Shown: positions 52,561-64,000 of the stretch, in pieces
Numbering within the stretch: position 1 is the stretch's first letter
Layout of the letters: each line of letters starts with the position of its first letter
Assembly: GCF_004010195.1 (NCBI RefSeq)
Contig: NC_057728.1
Span: 41,892,844 to 41,956,843, forward strand
Reading direction: 5' to 3'
Length of the DNA: 64,000 nucleotides
Source of the DNA: Chiloscyllium plagiosum
Taxonomy: Eukaryota
The notes under the pieces: model-generated
What the model was told of the DNA's origin: nothing
Databases searched by the model: none
The model's input: the letters and a program-made list of their open reading frames with translations, nothing else
Program-made: the position numbers and the translations under genes

Positions 52561-54784
52561 AATCGTGCGAATGTATTCCTATCCCAGCTAATTCAGTTCA
52601 GGAACTGAACCAGCTTTTTGACTGGTACTACATACCTCATGAAAAAGATCATAAATCAAATGAGGGAGGTGATTAATGTTAGAAGTATGAGAAGGTTTGA
52701 GAAGGTTTCCATGCCATCGTGGCATGTTCAACCACTGATTATTTATTTTCCTTGGCTTTTAACTGAAGTCTTCTGTGAAATGAAAACATGAGTCTTGGTC
52801 AGGACTTGAGCTTATCAACTGACAAAGTGAGTAGCTGACCCACTCGAGCTAAGTATTACAGCTTGAAGTTTGTGCTTGGCTGACCTCACCTGCAGCAGTA
52901 GTTGGGAGAGAGTATAATTTCTTACGTTGCTTCAGGATGGGGAGCGAAAAATAAGCCAGAATTCTCATTTGCGATTCATTTCCTATGAGCCCCTTCCTGG
53001 GGGGTTACTTGTGTGGATGTTGGATGAAAATTACAGAAAGACACGATTGTGATGCAATCAGCAGTTAAAGAGCTCACTGAAGAATGTGATTTGAACAAGG
53101 TTCCAGAAAGCACCTTAAGCCCATGGAACTACATTCCAGCAGATATGCAACTGAGTGTTAACCGTGTGATGTAAATCTGACTAGAGCATCTTCTGAGAGA
53201 AAGGTGTTGGGGAGGGGGAGGGGGAGGGGGAGGAAACAATTGACAAGAAATAAGAATTATGAGAAAGATAAACTTTAAAGAAGTGAATAACCCCCACTGG
53301 ACTGATCTCAAAATTTTGGTGAAATCTGTTTAAAAGCATGACCAATCTGGTTCCCAACTGTTCACTCCAAGTACTTTTCTTATAATTCTTTTTCTAAAAT
53401 TTGAAGAGACTTTTGTTCTTACTAACTTATTGCTTTACATTTATAATGTTAATCCTAGTGATGTAATTATTTTAATCGACCTCTGTTATCTTGATGCATT
53501 AGTGAATTGCAGGTTAAATCATATTATAAATTTGGCCGCTCTGAAAATATACTTAGTAACTGAGTATGTAAGGATTTTCTGTAGCTCTTAAAATGCAGTA
53601 GCTCAAAGCCAGATGTAATTCTTTTTCACTATTTGTTGCATAGCTATCCGACTAGGCAATTTATACATTTTAAAAGGAAAAAATTCTGTCCTTGTGGGAA
53701 CATCATGTTTCAGATATAAGTTAATGCTAGCTGTAAATTCAGGAGCCTTTGAAGCCCTCCATTCAGCTGTGGGAAAACTGCTGTTGGGTAATTACACTCA
53801 AGATGCTGCTGATCTGCTGTCAAGCAGAATTAACCCTCAGACTAGGCCTATCCATGCAAGCTGTTACAAGACAGCATTGTCTATACCGGACTCTCGAACC
53901 AATTAGTGAGCATGCTCTGGTCAGATTTATATCACACGTTAACACTCAGTTGTATATCTGTCCACAGCTGCCACAGCAAGGTACAAGAGTAGCTCAGCAG
54001 GAGCCAGTTAGAGGATGTTACATGCATAAAGACTGTTCAATAAAATGTATTAAACTACCTGAGAATGAGGCATTAATCTTTATTCCCCACAGCAACAGGG
54101 AGAACTGAAGTGCACTTAAAGGTTATAGCAGTATTTTGATTAAAAGTTGAGTTATAACTAAGGTTTTCATAAATGGAGCAAAAAGAAAAGCAGGATTAAT
54201 TTTCAAAGTCTGACTTTATTGATATTTTATTGCATCTTCACTTATGATACAATGAAGCTGCCGGTTTTCTCAAGTGCTATATTCTTAAGGGACTTGAACC
54301 AAATGCTTCACAGTCAAAGGTAGGTGGCGGGGCGGGGCGGGGAAGAAGCAAGAGCCATATAACTGCTTAACTAGAGCTCAGGCAAGTCATTCTTATAGAG
54401 TATAATCTCAAGTTGGAAGACTACACCAGGAAGATGCTGAAACAAAGTTAAATTCTCAGAAGAGAACTCAAATATAGCATGAATGTTCTGTGTTTTTTAA
54501 ATTGCTAAAGCATGAATCAGAATCACACATGATGAAGCATATATACTTGGTCAGTGGAAGTGTTTTACAACAACATTACTAGAATTTCAGTTTCTTACTA
54601 TTGATGTTTAACACTCTCAAAATATGGATCCCCTCCTTTCACACTAATGTGACAAGAGTCCAAGTCTCCAAAATTTATTTTCTAAAACCATTGCACTTGT
54701 TCACTTTCCTTACCTCCTGTTATGGCTCTGAAAATATTAAACAAAAAGCACTTAATCAACTCTTCTAATACCCTCACCTTATTC

Positions 54785-54883
54785 TTTTCCTGCTCCTCGG
54801 ATGCTGCCTGACCCGCTATGCTTTTCCAGCATCAGTCTAATCTAGACTCTGATCTCCAGCACCTGCAGTCCTCACTTTTGCCA
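54785..54883 (+). mobile_element. Family A PLE terminal fragment
   Basis: ttttcctgctcctcggatgctgcctgacc...tctgatctccagcacctgcagtcctcacttt. Confidence 0.85.
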
Positions 54884-55249
54884 AATATCCCATCTTCCAG
54901 CTTATCTACCTTTTCTCCCCTTTACACCTCTGAAATGCATTGAGTGACTTCCTATCTTAAAAGCATAAATATATTCAGTTGGTGTTGCAAAATCCTCCCC
55001 TAAGGTAGCAGAAGGACCTTACTGGATATCTCCTTACACCAGGAAAAGTCATCTTACCCTAGTATAACTATCTCTGTTTCATTGGAGGCATGGAACACCT
55101 ATATGAACTAATTTGTTGCTCCTTGATAGCTCCCATAAAGTTGTGAGAGTGTAAAGGGGAGGGGTAGACAGTTCTCAGAAATTGATGCGCATTTTATATG
55201 TAGTCAAAATATTGTACAAAATGTTTGCACAAAATCCCTGCTTCTCTTA

Positions 55250-56360
55250 CATATGATACATCCGCTCGATACCATGCACAGCCAAACATGTTCTTTCAAA
55301 ATCCCAACTGTCCAACCTTTGGATCTCTACCTGCCACAACGTTTCTGTTGCTACTTAATCGCATAACCACATGCACGCCTCCACCTTTAATGTTCTAATC
55401 CCAGATGAAACCAATACACTCTCAAACTCTCACTCTGGCCGTACCCCCAATAAGAGAACAGAAATCAGGGACACACATGTCCCAGTTGCCCAGACTTGAA
55501 AGGACATGGTAGTCAAATAGTTTAGCCAATTACATGTAGAATAGACTGGACCATTTCAAACTTCATCAAGTTCTGAGCCTATTAAAGATGCTTATTAATC
55601 CAGTATAATCCTAGAATGTAAAGATAACTAATACCTAGCTTCTTTTCTTGACTCCAAACCATATTTAAGAACTCTTCTTCCCTCTACTTTCATCCCCAAC
55701 AAGTGCAAGGTTGAGGCAAAGAGACCAGTTGGCTCCGCTGGTTCTCTCTTCCATTAGCAAACCTCCATATTTTTATCTTTGTAACATCATCCACCTTCAC
55801 CTGGTCTCAACTCAAATGTTGCTGAAATCTTCCATCATGCCCTCACTACCTTTCTGTCTGACTACTCCATGGACTGCTACCTTTGTACTCAATAAACTTG
55901 AGGTCATCCAAAATTTTGCTGCCCATGTCTAAACACAATAGTTCCTGTTCCCTTATCAATCCCTGCTCAACCTAGATTAGCTCCCTATTGAGTAATGTCT
56001 TGATTTTAAAAATCCCACCCTCATTTTCAAACTCTTCCATAAGCTTGCCCTCCTTATCTCTAATATCTTCCCCAGGCCCCTAACCTTCCAAAGTATTTAA
56101 TCCAATTCTAGGCTTTTGTGTATTCCCAATTAAAACTGTTGCCATGTTTTTATTTTGAAAGCCCCATTAACTGGAATTCCCTATCTACACTTCTCTGCAT
56201 ATCAAGTTCACTTTTCTTCTTGAAGGTATTTCTGAAAACTTACTTCCTTGACCAAGCCTGATCCAATACCTTCTCACATCATTCAACATCATACTTGGTT
56301 AACTAATGTGCTTATATAATGCTTTAGGACATTCAATGCATTCTATAAGTTGTTGTTATA
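55250..56360 (+). mobile_element. Decayed L2-like LINE
   Basis: LNKLEVIQNFAAHV and tggaattcccta (WNSL); tail ...ctataagttgttgtt. Confidence 0.6.
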
Positions 56361-58219
56361 AATTGAGCATAGATCCTGAGGCATGTCACTACCTGCATTT
56401 TATCAACTTGAATGGCACCCACATTTCTTTTTGCTGATTTCCATCTCTTTAATATTCCTCTATATATCCATCTACATTTACTGCAAAAATTGTCCCTTAA
56501 TTTTCTATGCTGCACCTAACACCATGTAGAAATCTATATATTCAATAACTGTTGCATTCCTTTTATCTATATCCTTTGTAATTTCCTTAAAAAGCTAATT
56601 TAGGTTTGTCAAGCACAAATTGTCCTTTACAAAATTACGCTATCATTTCCCAATTAGTTTTGCTTTTTAGAAAAAAGTTTTTCACCAATGACAGAATAAG
56701 ACCAACTAATTTAAATGCTATTTTTAATAATGAAGGCTACTGCTCTTTGCCATTTCCTCCCCACTTTTCATTGGCACTTTGGCAATGACCTCCACCTCAA
56801 ACAGATGACAATTTCTTTTTGCTCCATTAACAGTTGAATGCAGTTCTTTTTTTGAAAATGCAGAGTACTGGATCTAACAAAAGTTTTCCCGTCATCCCTC
56901 ATTGATCTAAGGTTATCAAGCATTGGCAAAAATGTGTTGAGACCGCAATTAGATCAGCCACGATCATATTGAATGGCAGAACATGCACAGGTGTTTGAAT
57001 GACTTGCTCCTGCTCCCAATTCATAGGTTAAAAATATCTCTATAATTTTACTCAGGTAAATATCTCTATAATTTTATCATTCTCAAATCATAAATAGCTA
57101 CCTTCACCTTTAAGTTGTCCAAACTTTGTCTATCATTGCTCCTGGAAACAGATATGCAGTTGCGACAAATATTCTTTCACAAATTTTAACTAATGATGGC
57201 AAAAATTCACTTATATTTTTAAATCAGTGTGTAGCCATATCAACTAATCTCCTACTCACTTACTACATTTAAACTTTCATGACAGCATTTGAGATAGTGA
57301 TTTGAATTTGTTTTGACTGTGGTAATAGTCTGCAAAGACGTGCATTGCACAATATCATATAACAGAAACTTGTATTGTTCTCAACAAAATAAACATGACA
57401 GTGTACATGGTGTATGTTATGGAACAAGAATGACAGAGGGATAAGATAATCAAGAACCATGGTGTAAAGAGTTGAAGAATTGAAATATTCTGCTCTGAAC
57501 AGCATTAGAATTGCATGTTTGCCAGACAACATTTGGAACATATAAAGCTGCCTATGTGATTATCTAATAGTTAGAATAATATCCTTGGAGATTTATGGTG
57601 GCCAATCTAATTTGAGTTAGATTGGTTTCCTTATTGCAGTATTAATATGGAACTAGGAGTAAGTGGGGTAATTTTTAAACATTTTCATAAAGTGAAAATA
57701 TATCAGGAATGTGATTGTGGAGGCAATCAAGCCCAATTCACGGCCTGCATGTTTTTATTTCCTAGCAGATCAGTTAAATCTGGATAGTTTAATACTAAAT
57801 TATAGCTTGAAAAAATATTTGAGAACTTCCAAATTAAAACTGATTGTGACACCATGTGGGATATTCAAGTTGCAGATGAGAAGTGTGGGCAATTTATAAT
57901 AATTATTAGTGAAATTTCAAAATTATAGTCTTCAAATCATCTGGACATTATATATATAGTGGTTAATTATACTTTTGGATGGCAATTTTGATATTTAACA
58001 ATAATGGCTGTCAAGATGCACACTATTGTTTATTGCTTGCAGTGAGATTAATACATGTTAAAAACAGAGAACAGTAAACATTGGCTGCAACTTTACTGAG
58101 TTTTGATCAGTCATCAATTACTTGAGAATAATAGTGATTATATTTTGGTCCAATTAAAGCATTCATTAGTAGAATTATGATAACAGTAGAGATAAATCAA
58201 AGAATATAAGTAGATAAAC

Positions 58220-58815
58220 TTGAACTTATCCAAAATTCTGCTGCCCATATCTTAAAGTCCACCAAATTCATCCATCATTCCTGTGTTTACTGATTCATAT
58301 TATCTCCCAATCAAACAATGTCTCAACTATAAAAATTACTATCTTTCATCAATCCATGGCCTTGCCCCTAACTACCTTCCAAGATAAGAAAGCAAAATAT
58401 TGTGGTTGCTGTAGATCTGAAATAAAGAGAAAACATTTCTGGAAATACTCAGTAAGTTAGGCAGCGTCTGTAAAGAGAAAAACAGTTCACATTTCAGATC
58501 GACATCTTTTCATCAGATCTCTTACCTCTGACACATCTTTGCTTTTCTAATTCTGGCCAATTTTAAATTGCTCTCTTGGCAGCAGGGTTTTCAATTGATG
58601 TGGCCCCAAATTCTGGAATAACGTTTTTGAATTTCTCTACATCCTTCTCTTCTTCTAAGTCACTTCTTCAAGTCTACCATTTTGATTAAGGTTTTGGTCA
58701 CCTGTCCTAATATCTCCTTATGAGGGTCAGCTTGAAATTTTGTTTGACACTGTTCTGTGAGAGATCAGACACTTTACTACATTAAAGGCTCTATAAAAAT
58801 GTAAATTGTTGTTGA
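58220..58815 (+). mobile_element. Decayed L2-like 3' fragment with a PLE-terminus fragment nested at about 58385-58520
   Basis: atccaaaattctgctgccc (IQNSAA); tail ttactacattaaaggctctataaaaatgtaaattgttgttg. The nested piece has minus-strand CUGAUGA..GAAA at about 58485-58517. Confidence 0.6.
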
Positions 58816-59786
58816 TGAGGTTATAAGATTCTTTCAAAGCTTACAAAAACAAGATTTATTGAAACATTAAAGCAATTCAAACAACTAACAATTTTGCAGA
58901 TGTTTCCATATTGGACTCCATGATTAGTGTACTTCATTAAGCTGATGTGTCATCTTCTTGATTCATGTACAACAGGTTCTCCTCTGCAGTGTTATGTATG
59001 GTCTGAGAGTATAAGGAACTTTGCAGAGGTAATCCAGTGTGATACAGATCATACCCTCAGGGACTGGATGAAGAGCCTGTTTTCTAATGTATAGGAGGAT
59101 AATTGACAATAAAGGAAGATGTTGACCTTATAAGTAATGAAACAAAGGAAAACAATGTACCAATATCCCACCCATCAAGACAGAAATATTCAATACAAAT
59201 TAAAAATACATCCTACGTACGATTTCATTAATGGACATAGTAATCAGAATTGCTAACTACTTGTAAAAAAACACACTTAGTACAGCTAAAAGCTAACAAT
59301 AGCCAAGAGGCAATCATATCATAAATGAAAAACTGCTAAAGTTTATTAAAGCCAGATGACCTTCAATAACAATAAAGTTGCTGCGGAACCCTGAATGTTT
59401 AAAGGGGTAACACTGGTAATCTGGACAGAGTTTTATTATCAATCCACAACATTCTTTTTCAACTGCTCAATACATTTGATGAGTAGATGGAGCTTTACTA
59501 TGCCAAATGCTGCATCCTGCCATCTGTTTTTGTTTAGCTTTTAAAGTTTATGATAAGTTTGGAGTCTTGTAGTTATTTTTTGCCCCTCCCCCTAAGTGCC
59601 TTGCAATGGATTTCAGTTCATAAGAATTGTAGGTACCAACTTGGAAACAGGATTGGAGTGCAATAACAAATACCAACACATATAGGATATTTTTATATGA
59701 TTGTTGTTTTGGTCATTCTGTGTATACAGGGCACAAGAATTTAATGGGAAGTCTGCCTATTATTGAGATGTTATTATTATACTTAC

Positions 59787-59864
59787 GTAAAAAGGGGAGT
59801 TCCACAAACCACGCAACTGTAGGTCCCTTTATCTTTGTGCAGTGTGTACACTCCCGTAAAGGCA
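59787..59864 (-). CDS. MSRB3: MSRB3 coding exon (78 bp): (S)AFTGVYTLHKDKGTYSCVVCGTPLF(T), contains the first Zn-binding CxxC
   Basis: Acceptor ttgcccttctag, donor AC|gtaagt. Phase joins the upstream exon (AG+T=Ser). MsrB motif G.Y.CxxCG.PLF. Confidence 0.97.
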
Positions 59865-61174
59865 CTAGAAGGGCAAATGCATTAAATGCATTAATTATAA
59901 AGCAATGTTGTTTTATACAATGTTTTGAAGCAAGTAATTTTATGTCTCATTTCCTTCAGTCTCATCCCTATTACTATAAAAAGTTTCCATTTTTACAAAC
60001 AGGATCTTGAAAAAAGATTGATAATCTCTGGGCAACTGTGCATGCTGAATCATTCTGGCGATTTGGTACACAGCAGAATGCATTTTGGCTCAAAGCTCAG
60101 GAATAGAGGTTAAGGTCTGCTGCCAACACACTTCTGGAGTTTCTAAGCAAATGACTCACATTCAGTAAATTCAAACAGTATATTGTGACAGGAAGAAAGC
60201 GAAGCCTATTAACTGGGACCCCATGTGTGGTAAAAAGGCTTTTGCAAGGCATGAATGGAAACAAGCAGTTACATCATTAATAAATTTGGATTGGAGGTAC
60301 TTGAATAAGTGTGCCAGAGTTTACTATATAAAAGTAGACAAAATAGTTAGCTTTGGCACGTCAACTCAGCACTAAAATCAGCTGAGATCCTCGACATTGC
60401 CACCTAACAGAGCCTTGGAAGAGGGTGAGAATTTTGTTTTTAAAAAACAGCAATGAGGGCTAGCTTCCAAGGACTACAGACATTTGAGGGTAGTTATTGA
60501 ACATTTTTGACATTCCAGCTGCAAATGAGCCAATAAATACTTTCTCCACATGTGCTTCAAAAATGGGCTTAATTACGCTACCTTATTTTGGCAGCCTAGC
60601 ATCTGAACACACAATGACCACCTTCAAACTAATCACTGGCAGAGGTCCATTTCCCTCTGTGTTTAGCTTTCTTTCGGATCTGGAGAAAGACTCCAAAGAA
60701 ACAGTCAGCAGTCAGACTTCAGACTCTGCTACTCTGTTACCTCTTGTACTTTAGCAAAGTGAAACAATGAGACCAGAAGAACTCCACAATGTTTTGTTAT
60801 CAATCATAATAGTAAAGGCAATTTGCTTAGTTGCTCTATCAAAATGATTTATTTCAATGAAGTGAGAGATCTGAAAACATGGAAGTTGTTTTAATTCTAG
60901 TAGAAAGGCCATAGAAAGGTCTGGCAAGAACCCAGTGGCACTATGAAACACCTCATCAAAACTGATGAGTGAAAGAAATCAAGCAATATTCGTTTTTTTG
61001 CATTTTCCAGATGCAAAAAGTATACTGGGGATGCCAATCATGCACCGAGATGCATAGTCATGGTCATATAGAAGGTGAAGATCAAGTAGTAAGGTCAAGT
61101 AATTGACTGACTGTAGGTCAAGAGACGAGGGAAGATCATGAGATGGTGAGCTCCACTATTGCGGTGGACAACTG

Positions 61175-61325
61175 CTTGACCCACATAGGAGGTTAGTGAG
61201 CAAAATTAGGGCGCATGGTATTTGGGGGCAAAGTACTAACTTGGATTGAAAGTTGGTTGGCTGATAGGAAACAAAGAGTAGTGATAAACGGCTCCATTTT
61301 GGAATGGCAGGCAGTGACCAGTGGT
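61175..61325 (+). mobile_element. CR1 RT fragment
   Basis: GKVLTWIESWLADRKQRVVING...WQAVTSG. Confidence 0.85.
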
Positions 61326-61611
61326 TGTGGAGAACTGGAAGCAATTGTTGCCCTTGGTCTAATCTACCTGCAGTTGCCTCATCATATCTTGACAGATGTC
61401 ACTGGGGAGGTATGTTTGCTGTACTGTAAACAAGGTACCTATACAGCCATGTAAGGCATTCATTGGAGTGCAGAAATTGATGATTATCTTCTGATGATGT
61501 TCCTTTATTTTTAATGAAAACAAATATTTGTTGTTTGGTATCCCTTTTGTACTTTAGAAGCTTTTTTTTGTTGCGGTGTAGCTAGCAATGTATCTGATGA
61601 AGGGTTATGCC

Positions 61612-62522
61612 TGATACTAAGCTGGGTGGCAGGGTGAAATGTGATGAGGATGTTAGGAGATTACAGGGTGACCTGGACAGGTTAGGTGAGTGGTCAGATG
61701 CATGGCAGATGCAGTTTAATGTATGGTTATCCACTTTGGTGGCAAGAACAGGAAGGCAGATTACTACCTAAATGGAATCAATTTAGGTAAAGGGACAATA
61801 CAGAGAGATCTGAGTGCTTTTGTACACCAGTCAATGAAGGTAAGCATGCAGGTACAGCAGGTAGTGAAGAAGGCTAATAGCATGCTGGCCTTCATAACAA
61901 GAGGGAGCATAGAAGCAAAGAGGTTCTTCTGCAGCTGTACAGGGCCCTGGTGAGACCACACCTGGAGTACTGTGTGCAGTTCTGGTCTCCAAATTTGAGG
62001 AAAGACATTCTGGCTATTGAGGGAGTGCAGCGTAGGTTCACGAGGTAAATTCCTGGAATGGTGGGATTACCTTACACTGAAAGACTGGAGCACTTGGGCT
62101 TGTATACCCTTGAGTTTAGAAGACTGAGAGGGGATCTGATTGAGACAGATAAGATTATTAAAGGATTGGACACTCTGGAGGCAGGAAACATGTTTCCGCT
62201 GATGGGTGAGTGCCGAACCAGAGGACACAGCTTAAAAATACGGGGTACACCATTTTGGACAGAGATGAGGAGAAATTTCTTCACCCAGAGAGTGGTGACT
62301 GTGTTGAATGCTCTGCCCCTAAGGGCAGTGGAGGCCCAGTCTCTGGATTCATTTAAGAAAGAGTTGGATAGAGCTCTCAAGGATAGTGGAATCAAGGGTT
62401 ATGGAGATAAGGCAGGAACAGGATACTGATTAAGGATGATCGGCCATGATGATATTGAATGGTGGTGCAGGCTCAAAGGGCAGAATGGCCTACTCCTGCA
62501 CCTATTGTCTATTGTCTATTGT
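61612..62522 (+). mobile_element. Young CR1/HER1-like LINE, 5'-truncated
   Basis: DTKLGG...LEFRRLRGDLIE...RRNFFTQRVV; (attgtct) tail repeats. Confidence 0.95.
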
Positions 62523-62881
62523 TTTAGCTCCACAGACCCTGTGAGCATCAGCATCCAGTAGTCTCTTTGAAGACTGTAGCTTTGTCAACTGTCATCAGTG
62601 TAAACTAGCTGTAGCCTGCATAGCATTTGCTGTGATCAGGGATGATCAATTATTAGTAAAGGTGCTTGAATCATGCATTAGGCTTTTGATTTGCATAAAA
62701 CACTAGCTGTTAGTCTAGTGCACTAGACTAGGAACTAATGTGACACACAACACCAATCCGGTGTAGATTGGAAGTACACACATCATTTTAATCCCTCAGT
62801 ATCTGTTTATCACCTAAAATAACATGATTTCATGATGCACATTCTAAGACGATATGTCTCATTCACTCCATCCAGTTATAC

Positions 62882-62990
62882 CTTTCTGTTCCCTTGTCCT
62901 GAGTCACATGGTATTGTTGGGCTGTCAGTCGCTCCCGCAGTTCCTGCTCTGGGAAGACCACTTTGCAGCTGCTTTTATCCCTCCGTGAAC
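62882..62990 (-). CDS. MSRB3: MSRB3 coding exon (109 bp): (G)SRRDKSSCKVVFPEQELRERLTAQQYHVTQDKGTE(S)
   Basis: Manual minus-strand translation matches the vertebrate MSRB3 N-terminus as recalled (human GSCRDKKNCKVVFSQQELRKRLTPLQYHVTQEKGTES). Polypyrimidine acceptor ttctctctctctttcag, donor AG|gtataa. Confidence 0.96.
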
Positions 62991-63514
62991 CTGAAAGAGA
63001 GAGAGAATATGGGAGAAGCAGTTCTTTAGTTCAAACCCAAATCATTTCTTTAGATGATGGCCATAGCACAGCTTTTGCACTCATTTGTCAAACGCCAAAC
63101 TAACCTCCAATGCAATGCTGAATTCAGCTGAACATAGCTGATTACTTCTTTAATTCCAAGTTAAGAATGTGCAAAAGAGCCAGGTGATTCCAGTGGAGCA
63201 GTGGCCATGTGTTACAGCCAAAAGCCTTTGTGTATATATGATAGTGACTAACTCCATACTGATAGTAGAAAAGAATTGATTTCACACAGAAATTAGAAAA
63301 AAAATGGTGCAGTTCACTCAAGTTGAGAACTGACTATTTTGACCTTCTTGCTCTGAAACCGTTGTACCAGTGTCACTTGGTTTTTAAAAGTACCAGCAAT
63401 TAATAAGTTCAAAATGTAATGGTCAGGGGGATGGAATGGATATAATGGTGCCATTCCAGCCTACAATGTCTGTGAAATTTAAATCGAAGGTGATTTATCA
63501 ATGTTACATGATAC

Positions 63515-64000
63515 CGAGCTTTGAGAAGATTTGTAGCTCAGGTTGAGGTTCTGGATGCAGGTTTGCTCGCTGAGCTGGAAGGTTCGGTTTCAGATGTTTC
63601 GTCACCATACTAGGTCACTTCATTAGTGAGCCTCTGGATGAAGCACTGGTGGTATGGCCCGTTTTTTATTTATGTGCTAGGTTTCCTTGGGTTTCTGACA
63701 TCATATCCTGTGGTGATGCCATTTCCCATGGTGATGTCATTTCCGGTTCTTTTTCTCAGGTGTGGTAAATGGGATCCAAGTCAATGTGTTTGTTGATAAG
63801 AGTTCCGGTTGGAATACCATGCTTCGAGGAATTCTCGCGTGTGTCTCTGTTTGCCTTGTCCAAGGATGGATGTGCTGTCCCAGTCGAAGTGGTGTCCTTC
63901 CTCATCTGTTTGTAAAGATACTAGTGAGAATGGGTCATATCTTACCACCCCCGAGAAAAAGAACAGGGAATGACATCACCACAGGAAATGGTGTCACCAA
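63515..64000 (-). mobile_element. Poseidon-like PLE 3' end (family D), with an inverted segment starting at about 63943 that runs off the window
   Basis: Minus strand RYDPFSLVS..TDEEGHHFDWDSTSILGQGKQRHTREFLEAWYS (GIY-YIG C-terminus). Degenerate hammerhead at 63590-63628. 63943-64000 is the reverse complement of about 63710-63767. Confidence 0.82.

Noticed and set aside
53208..53233. G-run / potential G-quadruplex (also C-run at 19100-19119)
   Set aside because: Simple low-complexity tract with no supporting context.
57031..57078. Short direct duplication aaatatctctataatttta
   Set aside because: Ordinary local slippage next to a CR1 tail fragment.
59720..60010. Plus-strand ORFs over the exons (also 62832..63029)
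   Set aside because: Antisense shadows of the MSRB3 exons with no recognisable protein similarity.

Overview
Eukaryotic, repeat-dense DNA from a cartilaginous fish (shark inferred from HE1-type V-SINEs, CR1/HER1-like LINEs and a Deu-domain SINE). The window lies inside a minus-strand MSRB3 (methionine-R-sulfoxide reductase B3) gene. Three short coding exons (62882-62990, 59787-59864, 51575-51603; 109, 78 and 29 bp, GT-AG, in phase) are missed by the ORF track. I did not find the next exon, so 1-51574 appears to be one long intron. The introns contain several Penelope-like element (PLE) families (Neptune-like, Poseidon-like, and a non-coding family), many HE1-like SINEs, CR1, L2 and Rex1/Babar LINE fragments, an internally deleted Gypsy element with both LTRs, decayed Harbinger transposons and a 923-N assembly gap. 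The most notable signal is a set of minimal hammerhead ribozyme motifs (CUGANGA...GAAA plus a palindromic ACGU/AGCU helix III) in at least three PLE-related families. These include tiny fold-back insertions with target-site duplications; one 209-bp hairpin carries an intact core. PLE hammerheads are a known class, so novelty is limited to these families and structures. No database search or folding computation was run; repeat family names come from motif recognition and most repeat boundaries are approximate.
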